Positions 1 to 9,208 are shown, counted from the stretch's first letter. The stretch is DNA of 60,141 bases from Lachnospiraceae bacterium GAM79 (GCA_963619035.1 CAVEUC010000006.1:1-60141); one strand, 5' to 3'. Notes: generated by a model from the letters alone, not told the origin. A program made the numbers and translations.

Positions 1-38
1 CTTTTATGATTAAAGAAAAAAACATAATAATATAGATG

Positions 39-123
39 TCAATTGTAAGAGAGACAACATTTTCTCCTTTCTGTCTATGGTTGTTTCTCCTCACTTATAT
101 GTCAATGTCTATCTTACAATTGA
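39..123. repeat. Imperfect inverted repeat. Arms are 39-56 (tcaattgtaagagagaca) and 106-123 (tgtctatcttacaattga), 17/18 complementary, separated by a 49-nt CT-rich spacer
   Basis: Read directly. The reverse complement of arm 2 equals arm 1 except for one base. It lies upstream of the lipoprotein-like ORF at 145. Confidence 0.7.
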
Positions 124-144
124 AAGAAATAATGGAGGTAAATT

Positions 145-543
145 ATGAGAGGAAAAATTTTAATTGGAACTTGTTTAACTTTAAATTTAATAGGTTTATG
201 TAGCTGTAATAAAAACAAATTAGGAAATGAAATTGATAATTAAAATGGAAAAGTTTTTTATAATGTTGAATATCGAACAATATTAGGATTTGAAAATGAA
301 TTTATGTATTTAAAATCTTATAATTATGGCTTATTTAAATTTGAATTTGTTAGAGAAACTAGTGAATATTATTATTATAAAAATGTAGAAGATTCATCAA
401 GTGAAGAAACTATATTTTTTAAAGATGCAAATATTTTACAGCCAAAAATATTTATGTATGGCTATTCGACACTTTTAACAAAAGATTTTATTTTAGATAC
501 AGAGAAAATATATACAATAAACGACTGTAAGAAGATTGTTTAG
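145..543 (+). pseudogene. Lipoprotein-like gene interrupted by an in-frame TAA at 241-243
   Basis: ATG at 145 follows RBS aatGGAGGtaaatt and encodes MRGKILIGTCLTLNLIGLCSCNKN (signal peptide plus lipobox), then stops at TAA 241-243. Frame 1 stays open through the track ORF 304-543. Confidence 0.55.
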
Positions 544-740
544 GTAAATGAAAGAATCTATTTGTGTATAATTTTTAATTTTCTTAAAAGAAGTTTTTGA
601 TGTTTTGATTTAAAAATAATTTAAGGTAATATGGTTTTGTCGCTTATAAAAAAATAGAAACTTAAAACTACGGCAAAGTTACTAAATTATTGCTTAATAA
701 ATATACTTTAATATAAAATTAAAATTGTTAAGAAAGATAA

Positions 741-1883
741 ATGGTATATTGCATGAAGAAGCATTTAATTAATAAAAAAATATTGTTAACAAGTTTAGTA
801 ACATTATCTTTATTTTCTTGTAATGAAAATAAAGTAATATCTGTTACTAATTTATCTATAACTAAAGATGAAAAGTTTTTATCTGCTACTGTAAATATAA
901 CTATAGAAGAATTTAATAACATAGGTTTTAAATTAGGTGATAGTTGTAATATTAAATTTAGTAATGGATATACAATTGATGATGTTCCTTATTTTAATGG
1001 ATATTATGTTAAAAATTCTATGCCAGTTATCGTAGCATATCCTTCTAGCACAAATATATTAATTACATTAAATAATACTGGTATTTGGGATACTGCTAAT
1101 TTAACAAGTGATACAACTGTAGATATATCTTTAAATACATCTGCTAAATATATAGAAACTCAGGAAGCTTTAAGTCAAAGTTATTCTTTAATTAGAAGTG
1201 AATATTCTAGTGATGAAGAGTTCTCTAATTTTAGATCTTTAAAAGGTGGAAATCTTAAAGAAAATTATTTATATAGAGGAGCATCTCCAGTAGATAATAG
1301 TAGAAATAGAGCTAAAATAACTGATAATTTATTAAATACAAATGGTATTAAATATATAGTTGATTTAGCTGATAATGAAGATAATATGAAAGAATATATG
1401 TCTAGTTCTACATTTGATTCTACATATGCTAAAGAATTATATGAAAATAGTAAAATGATCTTATTATCAATGGGATCAGGTTATTCTAGTGATACATATA
1501 AACAAAAATTAGTAACAGGATTAAAGGGTGTTATATCTAATGATGGTCCATATTATATTCATTGTATGGAAGGAAAAGATAGAACTGGTTTTGTATGTAC
1601 TTTAATTGAAGCTTTAGCTGGAGCAACTTATGAAGAAATGAAAAATGATTATATGGAAACATATAAGAATTACTATAAGATTACTAAAGAAAAAACTCCT
1701 ACAAAATATGATGCTATTGTTTCTTTATATTTTGATTCATTCATGGAAGAATTACATAAGACTAGCGATGTAGAAATTCTTAAAAAAGCAGATTATACTA
1801 GTGATGCTAAAAGATATTTAACTGAAGGTGGAATGAGTGAAACTGAAATAAATAGTTTAATTAAAGTTATATCTAAAGAATAA
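741..1883 (+). CDS. Putative lipoprotein with a protein-tyrosine-phosphatase-like domain (Y_phosphatase3-type)
   Basis: N-terminus MKKHLINKKILLTSLVTLSLFSCNE looks like a lipoprotein signal (alternative start ATG 753). CX5R P-loop HCMEGKDRTG is present. Confidence 0.75.
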   Translation: MVYCMKKHLINKKILLTSLVTLSLFSCNENKVISVTNLSITKDEKFLSATVNITIEEFNNIGFKLGDSCNIKFSNGYTIDDVPYFNGYYVKNSMPVIVAYPSSTNILITLNNTGIWDTANLTSDTTVDISLNTSAKYIETQEALSQSYSLIRSEYSSDEEFSNFRSLKGGNLKENYLYRGASPVDNSRNRAKITDNLLNTNGIKYIVDLADNEDNMKEYMSSSTFDSTYAKELYENSKMILLSMGSGYSSDTYKQKLVTGLKGVISNDGPYYIHCMEGKDRTGFVCTLIEALAGATYEEMKNDYMETYKNYYKITKEKTPTKYDAIVSLYFDSFMEELHKTSDVEILKKADYTSDAKRYLTEGGMSETEINSLIKVISKE

Positions 1884-1921
1884 TTATTGTATATTATTAA
1901 TATTGATTTAGGAGGAACTAT

Positions 1922-2485
1922 ATGGCTAATGAAATTACTAAAAAAGCTTTAGAACAAGCTTTCTTAAAATTATTATCTATTAAACCTTTTAAAAAGATAA
2001 CAGTTAGTGATGTAACTGATTTAGTTGGTGTTAATAGAATGACTTTCTATTATCATTTTGAAGATATATATTCTCTTTTAGATTACGCATTAAAAACAGA
2101 GTTTAGTAAGGCGTTAGATGGAAAATATGATTCTTTAAACTGGGAAGAAGGTTTTAAAAATATATTTAAAGTATGTTTAGAATATAGATCTTTAGTAGAG
2201 AATGCATATAAATTTAATTCTAGAGGTAATGTTGAAGCAGTATTAGAACCTATCGTTTTTCAACTTACATATTACGTAGTAAATGAAGAAGCTAAAGGGC
2301 ATAATGTAGAAAAGAAAGATTTAGAATTTGTAGCTAATGCTTATAAATTCATGTTAATCGGATTTGTTTTAGATTGGATTAAAAATGATATGCAAGATGA
2401 TATAGATGTAATAAATAATAAAGTATCTACAATGTTATCTGGAGAAACCGAGTGGATATTATCAAAATTTGAAAAGAGTGAATAA
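1922..2485 (+). CDS. TetR/AcrR family transcriptional regulator
   Basis: N-terminal HTH ITVSDVTDLVGVNRMTFYYHFEDIYSLL. RBS taGGAGGaacta lies before the ATG. Confidence 0.85.
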   Translation: MANEITKKALEQAFLKLLSIKPFKKITVSDVTDLVGVNRMTFYYHFEDIYSLLDYALKTEFSKALDGKYDSLNWEEGFKNIFKVCLEYRSLVENAYKFNSRGNVEAVLEPIVFQLTYYVVNEEAKGHNVEKKDLEFVANAYKFMLIGFVLDWIKNDMQDDIDVINNKVSTMLSGETEWILSKFEKSE

Positions 2486-2510
2486 TTTAATCAAATTTAA
2501 AAATATGATA

Positions 2511-2546
2511 AAAATTTTTACAGTTTTTTAAGAGTGTAAAAATTTT
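2511..2546. promoter_or_regulatory. Perfect 12-bp inverted repeat (aaaatttttaca / tgtaaaaatttt) with a 12-nt spacer. Candidate operator or terminator-like hairpin
   Basis: Read directly. It lies between the TetR gene and the oleate hydratase gene, and no T-run follows it. Confidence 0.45.
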
Positions 2547-2629
2547 AATCACACTAAAAATATTGTCTATTTTTAATATTTTTTTCTTTATTTAAAATGA
2601 TGCTATAAAGAATAAAGGAGGAATTAAAA

Positions 2630-4411
2630 ATGTATTATTCTAGTGGTACTTATGAATCATTTGCTCGTCCTGAAAAACCTATCGATGCAGATAAAAAATC
2701 AGCATATATCGTAGGAAGTGGATTAGCAGGTTTATCAGCAGCGTTTTATTTAGTTAGAGATGGTCAAGTTAAAGGTGAAAGAGTTCATGTTTTGGAAACT
2801 TTACCTAGAGCTGGAGGAAGTTGTGATGGATATCATGACTTATATAAAGGATTTTACATGAGAGGTGGTAGAGAAATGGATAATCACTTCGAATGTATGT
2901 GGGATATGTATAGAAGCGTACCTTCAATTGAAAATCCTGATGTTACTGTTTTAGATGAATATTATTGGTTAAACAAAAAAGATCCTAACTATTCATTATG
3001 TAGAGCTACAGTTAATAGAGGACAAAATGCTAAAACAGATAATAAATTTACTTTAGATAAACAAGCTCAAAGACAATTATTAAAATTATATTTAACTCCA
3101 GAAAAAGATTTAGAAGATAAGATGATTTCAGAATGTTTTGATGAACATTTCTGGAAGAGTAATTTCTGGTTATATTGGCAAACAATGTTCGCATTCCAAC
3201 GTTGGTCAAGCGCATTAGAAATGAAAAGATATATTCAAAGATATGTTCACCATATTGATGGATTACCAGATTTTTCTGCTTTAAGATTTACTAAATACAA
3301 CCAATATGAATCGATGATTTTACCTTTACAAAAATATTTAGAAAATCATGGTGTTATCTTTGAATTTGGTGTTAAAGTTACCGATGTTAAAATTGAAAAA
3401 TTTGATGGTAAAAAAGTAGCTACATCATTTACTTATACAAAAGACAATAAAGAAGCAGTTAAAAAGCTTACTAAAGATGATTTCTTAATTATTACAAACG
3501 GATGTTGTACTGATGTATCTTGTTATGGAGATAACGATACTGCTCCAGAATTAAGTATGATTAAACCTAATGTAGGAGATGGATGGAGTTTATGGGAAAA
3601 GATTTCTAAATACGGAAAAGAATTTGGAAATCCATATGCATTTGCTTCAGATCCTGAAAAAACAAACTGGATGTCAGCATCAGTTTATACAGAAGATAAA
3701 GAAATTATCGAACTCATCAAAAAGATTTGTAAACGTGATCCATTAGAAGGAAAAGTTACTACTGGTGGTATCGTAACAGTTAAAGATTCATTTAATGGAT
3801 GGGGATTATCTTGGACAATCAATAGACAACCACAATTTAAAGACCAACCAAAAGGTTCAGTAATCGTATGGTTATATTCTTTATTTACAGATAAAAAAGG
3901 TGATTATATTAAAAAGAGTATGAGAAATTGTACTGGTAAAGAAGTCTGTAAAGAGTGGTTATATCATATTGGGGCTCCTATTGAAAGAATTGATGAATTA
4001 AGTGAAAAATGTAATACAACTACATGCTTTATGCCTTATATCAATGCTTTCTTCCAACCAAGAAAAGAAAGTGATAGACCAAAAGTTGTACCAGAAAATT
4101 GTGTTAATATCGCTTTTGTTGGTCAATTTGCAGAAACTCCGAGAGATACAATATTCACAACAGAATATTCTATTAGAACAGGTATGGAAGCTGTATATAC
4201 ATTAATGAATATCGATAGAGGTGTTCCAGAAGTTTGGGGATCAGCATATGATATTAGAGAATTGTTAAGAGCTACATATTACGCTGTTGATAAGAAGAAA
4301 ATTAATGAGATCGATCTTTCTTGGAAAGAAAAAATAATCATTAAAAAAGCATTATCAGAAGTTAAGGATACTGATATCTATCAATGGATTAAAGATTCAG
4401 GATTATTATAA
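2630..4411 (+). CDS. ohyA: Oleate hydratase (MCRA family, FAD-dependent fatty-acid double-bond hydratase)
   Basis: N-terminus MYYSSGTYESFARPEKP...SAYIVGSGLAGLSAAFYL is characteristic of the family. Length is ~590 aa. RBS aaaGGAGGaatt. Confidence 0.9.
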   Translation: MYYSSGTYESFARPEKPIDADKKSAYIVGSGLAGLSAAFYLVRDGQVKGERVHVLETLPRAGGSCDGYHDLYKGFYMRGGREMDNHFECMWDMYRSVPSIENPDVTVLDEYYWLNKKDPNYSLCRATVNRGQNAKTDNKFTLDKQAQRQLLKLYLTPEKDLEDKMISECFDEHFWKSNFWLYWQTMFAFQRWSSALEMKRYIQRYVHHIDGLPDFSALRFTKYNQYESMILPLQKYLENHGVIFEFGVKVTDVKIEKFDGKKVATSFTYTKDNKEAVKKLTKDDFLIITNGCCTDVSCYGDNDTAPELSMIKPNVGDGWSLWEKISKYGKEFGNPYAFASDPEKTNWMSASVYTEDKEIIELIKKICKRDPLEGKVTTGGIVTVKDSFNGWGLSWTINRQPQFKDQPKGSVIVWLYSLFTDKKGDYIKKSMRNCTGKEVCKEWLYHIGAPIERIDELSEKCNTTTCFMPYINAFFQPRKESDRPKVVPENCVNIAFVGQFAETPRDTIFTTEYSIRTGMEAVYTLMNIDRGVPEVWGSAYDIRELLRATYYAVDKKKINEIDLSWKEKIIIKKALSEVKDTDIYQWIKDSGLL

Positions 4412-4435
4412 TTTCTAGATAGTGTAAATATAAAA

Positions 4436-4466
4436 ATCAGCAATTAAATTTATTGCTGATTTTTTT
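4436..4466 (+). terminator. Rho-independent terminator
   Basis: Stem atcagcaat / attgctgat with a 7-nt loop, followed by TTTTTT. Confidence 0.8.
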
Positions 4467-4532
4467 CTATAAATATGGAAATAATAACTATTTTTAGTTA
4501 TTATAATTAATGTATTTTAAAGGAAAATAATT

Positions 4533-5498
4533 ATGAAAAAAGATATTTATATTGGTATTGATGTTGGTGGTATGTCTTTAAAAGGTGCTGGAGTATTACT
4601 TGATGGTACTATTATTGAAAAGACAGTTATATCTACTAACAATCAAACAGGTAATGAGATATTTGAAAAGATATTAAAGGAATTAGTTTCTACATTAATT
4701 AATAAATTAAGTGTAAATTATAATATTAAAGGTATTGGGATTGGTATTCCTGGTATTTGTAATGTTGATAAATTAATTGTTGAATACGCTGCTAATTTAA
4801 AAATTAATAAATGTGATGTTGGTGAGATTTTAAAATCTTTTAATATTCCAGTTTATATTAGTAACGATGCTAATGTTGCTGCTTTAGGTGAAGCTAGATT
4901 TGGTGCTGCTAAAGAATTTAAAGATTCTATATTTTTAACTTTAGGAACTGGTGTTGGTGGTGGAGTTATCATCAATGGAAAATTGTTTGAAGGCTTTGAA
5001 GGAAAAGGTACTGAACTTGGACACATGGTGATCGTCGTTGATGGAGAAGATTGCGGTTGTGGAAGAAAAGGTTGTTATGAAGCTTACGCAAGTGCTAGTG
5101 CATTATTAAGAATTACTAAAAGAATTATGAATGAAAATAAAGATTCTATGATGTGGGGATATTGTAATGGTGATATTAATAATGTTAGTGGTTTAACATC
5201 GTTTGAATGTAGTAAAAAAGGTGATAAAGCAGCTAATGAAGTTATTGATGAATACATTAAAAATTTAGGAGAAGGTATTTTAAATTTCTGTAATATTTTT
5301 AGACCTCAAGCTATTATCATTGGTGGAGGTGTTTCTAATCAAGGAAGTTATTTAATTGATAAAATAGAAAAATATTGTAGTGATAGAGATTATGGATATA
5401 AAAATTCTCCAGTTGTAAAAATTAAATGTGCAGAACTTAAAAATGATGCTGGAATTATTGGTGCAGCAAGTTTAGTAATGGAAAGAGAAAATGGCTAA
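4533..5498 (+). CDS. glcK: ROK family glucokinase
   Basis: Motifs GIDVGG and DANVAALGE, plus the zinc motif GHM...CGCGRKGCYEAYAS. Confidence 0.85.
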   Translation: MKKDIYIGIDVGGMSLKGAGVLLDGTIIEKTVISTNNQTGNEIFEKILKELVSTLINKLSVNYNIKGIGIGIPGICNVDKLIVEYAANLKINKCDVGEILKSFNIPVYISNDANVAALGEARFGAAKEFKDSIFLTLGTGVGGGVIINGKLFEGFEGKGTELGHMVIVVDGEDCGCGRKGCYEAYASASALLRITKRIMNENKDSMMWGYCNGDINNVSGLTSFECSKKGDKAANEVIDEYIKNLGEGILNFCNIFRPQAIIIGGGVSNQGSYLIDKIEKYCSDRDYGYKNSPVVKIKCAELKNDAGIIGAASLVMERENG

Positions 5499-5874
5499 GA
5501 TACAAATTAAATATTTAACAAAACCTTCAAAAGAGGCACTCACTCACATCGAAAAATTTAAAAATAAAATGAGTGAAGATGAGATTAGAAAGTTTTTAGA
5601 GGAATCTAATCATTTTTGTTTATTAATTTATTCTTTTGGTAAATTAAGTTCTTTAGTTTTTTTAGAAAACGATGAGTATTTACATATGTTATTTGTTAAA
5701 AAAGTTTATATGAACGCATATGAAGATTTTAAAGAAGTTATTAATTTTACTAAAAATAAATTTATTAATTATAAAATAGTAATTGATTCAACATATAACG
5801 ATTCTAATTTTATTAACGTTATTAGAAAAAATGGTGGAGTTAAAAAGGATAATAATTTTATTATTCAATTATAA
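5491..5874 (+). CDS. Hypothetical protein (127 aa), possibly a degenerate acetyltransferase-like fold
   Basis: ORF overlaps the glcK stop by 8 nt and ends 5 nt before manA. No clear motif was found. Confidence 0.45.
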   Translation: MAKIQIKYLTKPSKEALTHIEKFKNKMSEDEIRKFLEESNHFCLLIYSFGKLSSLVFLENDEYLHMLFVKKVYMNAYEDFKEVINFTKNKFINYKIVIDSTYNDSNFINVIRKNGGVKKDNNFIIQL

Positions 5875-5879
5875 AATCT

Positions 5880-6785
5880 ATGGAAACAGTTAAATTAAAA
5901 CCAGCTATTAAAGAATATATCTGGGGTGGTAAAAAATTAAAAGAAGCAGGAAAAAGTGATGATTTTGAATCTATTTCAGAATGTTGGGAATTATCTTTTC
6001 ATAAAGATGGTTACACTTTAATTGATAGTGGAGAGAATAAAGGAAAAACATTAAAAGAAGTTTGTAGTTCTATTGATTTAGGATCAAAAGTTAATTCTTT
6101 TCCTTTCTTTCCATGTTTAATTAAATTAATTGATAGTGGTGATAATTTAAGTGTACAAGTTCATCCTAGTGATGAATATGCTTTAAAATATGAAAATTCA
6201 TATGGAAAAACTGAGATGTGGTATATTTTAGATACTGAAGAAAATGCTGGAATATATCTTGGTTTTAAAAATGATGAAAATGAAGAAGATATTAAAAAAG
6301 CATTAGAAAACGGTACTATTTTAGATAAATTAAACTTTTTTAAAGTAAAAAAAGGTGAAGCTTATTTTATTGAATCAGGTACAATCCACGCTATTGGAAA
6401 AGGTGTTACTTTAATTGAGATTCAACAAAGTTCTAATTTAACATATAGATTATACGATTATAATAGAGTTGGAAAAGATGGTAAACCTAGAGAACTTCAT
6501 ATTGATAAAGCTTTAAAAGTTATTAATTACAATAAGTATATTAAAAAAGAATTTAGTGATGGAATTATAGGAAGTTGTAAATATTTCACTTCTAAAAGAG
6601 TTGATGTAGAAAATGTTAATGAAATTAAAAATGATGAGACATCTTTTGCTTCAATTACATTTATTGACGGTGAAGGAACAGTTAATGATATTCCATTTAA
6701 AAAATATGATTCATTCTTTATTCCTGCAAATAAAAAAGCAAAAATATGCGGGAAATCAGTATATATTTTAACTAAAGTTATTTAA
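5880..6785 (+). CDS. manA: Class I mannose-6-phosphate isomerase
   Basis: Motifs SVQVHP, KTEMWYIL and HAIGKGVTLIEIQQSSNLTYRLYDYNR. Confidence 0.85.
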   Translation: METVKLKPAIKEYIWGGKKLKEAGKSDDFESISECWELSFHKDGYTLIDSGENKGKTLKEVCSSIDLGSKVNSFPFFPCLIKLIDSGDNLSVQVHPSDEYALKYENSYGKTEMWYILDTEENAGIYLGFKNDENEEDIKKALENGTILDKLNFFKVKKGEAYFIESGTIHAIGKGVTLIEIQQSSNLTYRLYDYNRVGKDGKPRELHIDKALKVINYNKYIKKEFSDGIIGSCKYFTSKRVDVENVNEIKNDETSFASITFIDGEGTVNDIPFKKYDSFFIPANKKAKICGKSVYILTKVI

Positions 6786-7386
6786 TTTCTATATATTCGT
6801 AGTTGTTATTTATTGAATAAAAAGGAACTTTATATGTTAAAGGATATTTATTTAATAAATCATTATATATCTTTTTAGTATATTTCTTTTTTAAATATTT
6901 AAATTCATCTTTTTCATAGCTTGATAAAAGAGTTTTAACAAATTCTTTTATCATTGGATGCATTAAATATGCTTTTTCTCTTTCTATAAAAAATTGAAGA
7001 GGTAAAGATCTATTAAAAGATTTACCATTATATGTTTTACTAGCTGAAATCATATCGATAACATATTCTAATGCGTATTTATATGGCATAACTTTTAAGA
7101 TAACATCACCTTTATAAAAATCAATCCAATATTCGTAGTGATGTTTATTTCTATTTGTATGATGCACACAAGTTAATGCGTACATATTATTGCTTTTTCT
7201 TTCGTTTAATAATGGTGACATTTTACCATTATAATATTTAGTTCCGTTATGAAATTCTAAATGAGAATATTTAGATAAATCATGTATTAATCCTTGAAAA
7301 GGTATACCTACAATACATGAATATTTAAATACTAAAAATCTATGTTTATCTACTGTATGAAGATGTTTAAAAAAATTTTTGCTCAT
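6778..7386 (-). CDS. DUF5662-like protein (family often mis-annotated as catalase)
   Basis: Motifs GLIHDLSKYS..EF...KYYNGKMSP...HHTNRNKHHYEYWIDF recalled from that family. Convergent with manA, overlapping it by 8 nt. Confidence 0.55.
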   Translation of the reverse strand: MSKNFFKHLHTVDKHRFLVFKYSCIVGIPFQGLIHDLSKYSHLEFHNGTKYYNGKMSPLLNERKSNNMYALTCVHHTNRNKHHYEYWIDFYKGDVILKVMPYKYALEYVIDMISASKTYNGKSFNRSLPLQFFIEREKAYLMHPMIKEFVKTLLSSYEKDEFKYLKKKYTKKIYNDLLNKYPLTYKVPFYSINNNYEYIEIK

Positions 7387-7465
7387 AAATAAATAATATA
7401 TGTTTTACGTTATTATTTAAATAGTTTTTAATTAAATAAAGTGTAAATAATGATATAATTTTTAT

Positions 7466-8152
7466 ATGGAATTTGTAGGAATTGAAAAGATATCTTTAGT
7501 TGATTACGATAATAAAATATCATGTGTTTTATTTACGGAAAGATGTAATTTTAGATGTCAATTTTGTCATAATTCTAGACTTGTTTTAGATAAAAATAGT
7601 GAGATACCTTTTTCTGAAATTTTAGATTATTTAAAGAAAAGAAAGAATGTTTTAGATGGTGTTGTTATTACAGGTGGAGAACCTACATTGATGAATGATT
7701 TAAAAGAGAAAATTAAAGCTATCAAAGAACTAGGATTATTAGTTAAACTAGATACAAATGGTACTAATCCACAAATTGTTAAAGATCTAATAGATAATAA
7801 ATTAATAGATTATGTTGCTATGGATATTAAAAATTCAATGAGTACATATAGTGAAATTATCGGCTTAAAAAATATATTTAAAGATAATATTTTAAAAACG
7901 ATTGAAATATTAAAAACAAGTGGGATTTCATATGAATTTCGTACTACTTTAGTAAAAGAATTTCATAGTAAAGAATCTATTGAAGATATGGGAAAAATGT
8001 TAAAAGGTGCAAAAAAAATGTACTTACAACATTTCATAGATAATGAAGAGTGCATAGTACATAATTTACATGAAGTTGATGTTGATACAGCTAATGAATA
8101 TAAAAATATCCTCTTAAAATATATTGATAATGTATATTTAAGAGGATACTAA
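7466..8152 (+). CDS. nrdG: Anaerobic ribonucleoside-triphosphate reductase activating protein (radical SAM)
   Basis: Motifs CNFRCQFCHN and GVVITGGEP. Lies beside nrdD. Confidence 0.9.
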   Translation: MEFVGIEKISLVDYDNKISCVLFTERCNFRCQFCHNSRLVLDKNSEIPFSEILDYLKKRKNVLDGVVITGGEPTLMNDLKEKIKAIKELGLLVKLDTNGTNPQIVKDLIDNKLIDYVAMDIKNSMSTYSEIIGLKNIFKDNILKTIEILKTSGISYEFRTTLVKEFHSKESIEDMGKMLKGAKKMYLQHFIDNEECIVHNLHEVDVDTANEYKNILLKYIDNVYLRGY

Positions 8153-8153
8153 T

Positions 8154-8288
8154 TTAATAATCTTTTGAAACTATATCAGGATAAGCGGTATTCTTTCTTT
8201 TACGCTTATTCTTTTTGTTATATATAATTGAAGCTTCTTCTTTTAAAAGCATCGCTTCTTGTATTTTTAATTTATTGCTAATTGTCAT
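8154..8288 (-). CDS. Possible 44-aa basic small protein (MTISNKLKIQEAMLLKEEASIIYNKKNKRKRKNTAYPDIVSKDY)
   Basis: ATG at 8288 follows AAGGAGAG, which overlaps the trxB-like stop. It is below the ORF-track cutoff. It overlaps a hairpin that reads as the nrdG terminator on the other strand. Confidence 0.25.
   Translation of the reverse strand: MTISNKLKIQEAMLLKEEASIIYNKKNKRKRKNTAYPDIVSKDY
8179..8216 (+). terminator. Probable rho-independent terminator of nrdG
   Basis: 9-bp stem ggataagcg / cgcttattc (one G-U pair), 15-nt loop, then cTTTTT. Confidence 0.5.
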
Positions 8289-8299
8289 ATATCTCTCCT

Positions 8300-9205
8300 T
8301 TAAAATGAATCAAGATATTGAACAACATTGAAACTAGCGATACTTGCATCGTTAAATGCTGTAACAAGTTGTCTAATTTTCTTTTTTCTACAATCTCCAA
8401 CAGCGTAAATTCCATCAGTTTTAGTTTTCATATTTTCATCAACAATAATGAAACCTCTTTCTAAATCGACGTAGTCTTTAAATATTTCGTTGTGTGGTTC
8501 TTGACCGATTGCAATAAAACATCCATCAACTTTAAATTCTTTCGTTTCATCTGTTTTAGTGTTTTTAAATACTAATTTTTCTAACTTATTTTCACCAACT
8601 ATTTCAGTTAAAGATAAGTTATGTTCAATGACTATATTTTCTTTACTTAATACTCTATCGATTAAAATTTTATCTCCAAAGAATTTATCAAATAATGTAT
8701 TTAAATAAATCTTGTGACAAGTAGAACTTAATGCGATCGCATATTGTAATGCTGTATTAGCATCACCAATTAAACAAACATCTTTGTCTTTATAAAAAGC
8801 ACCATCGCAAACTGCACAATAAGATATGCCTTTTCCGACTAATTTTTCTTCGTTAGCTAATCCCATTGATCTATGAGTAACTCCGCTTGCAATAATAATA
8901 GATTTAGTTTCGTAAGTATTATAATTACAAGTAACTTTAAAATAGTTATCTACTTTTTCAATTTTTTTAGCTTCATCAAGTTCAAATTCTGCACCTAAAT
9001 TCGTAACTTGATCAAATAATTTATCGATAAAATCTAAACCGCTAATAGAAACAGTTCCAGGAATATTTTCGACCCTAGGAGAAGTTGCGATTTGTCCTCC
9101 AATTGTTTCTTTTTCAAGAAGTAAAACCTTTTTATCATTTCTTCTTAAATTTAAAGCAGCGGTAAGGCCACTAGGGCCTGACCCTATAATAATTGTATCG
9201 TACAT
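8300..9205 (-). CDS. trxB: Low-Mr thioredoxin-reductase homologue lacking recognisable NADPH-binding motifs
   Basis: FAD motif GSGPSG and redox motif CAVCDG are present. The positions of GGGNSA / HRRxxxR read IGDANTA / YLNTLFDKF. Starts 3 nt after the nrdD stop. Confidence 0.8.
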   Translation of the reverse strand: MYDTIIIGSGPSGLTAALNLRRNDKKVLLLEKETIGGQIATSPRVENIPGTVSISGLDFIDKLFDQVTNLGAEFELDEAKKIEKVDNYFKVTCNYNTYETKSIIIASGVTHRSMGLANEEKLVGKGISYCAVCDGAFYKDKDVCLIGDANTALQYAIALSSTCHKIYLNTLFDKFFGDKILIDRVLSKENIVIEHNLSLTEIVGENKLEKLVFKNTKTDETKEFKVDGCFIAIGQEPHNEIFKDYVDLERGFIIVDENMKTKTDGIYAVGDCRKKKIRQLVTAFNDASIASFNVVQYLDSF

Positions 9206-9208
9206 ATA

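Noticed and set aside
10-60. A 16-codon hydrophobic minus-strand ORF (MLSLLQLTSILLCFFL), considered as a type I toxin or leader peptide.
   Set aside because: The SD-like GGAG is only 3 nt from the ATG and the frame is very short. It overlaps an inverted-repeat arm at the window edge. It is mentioned under the repeat finding only.
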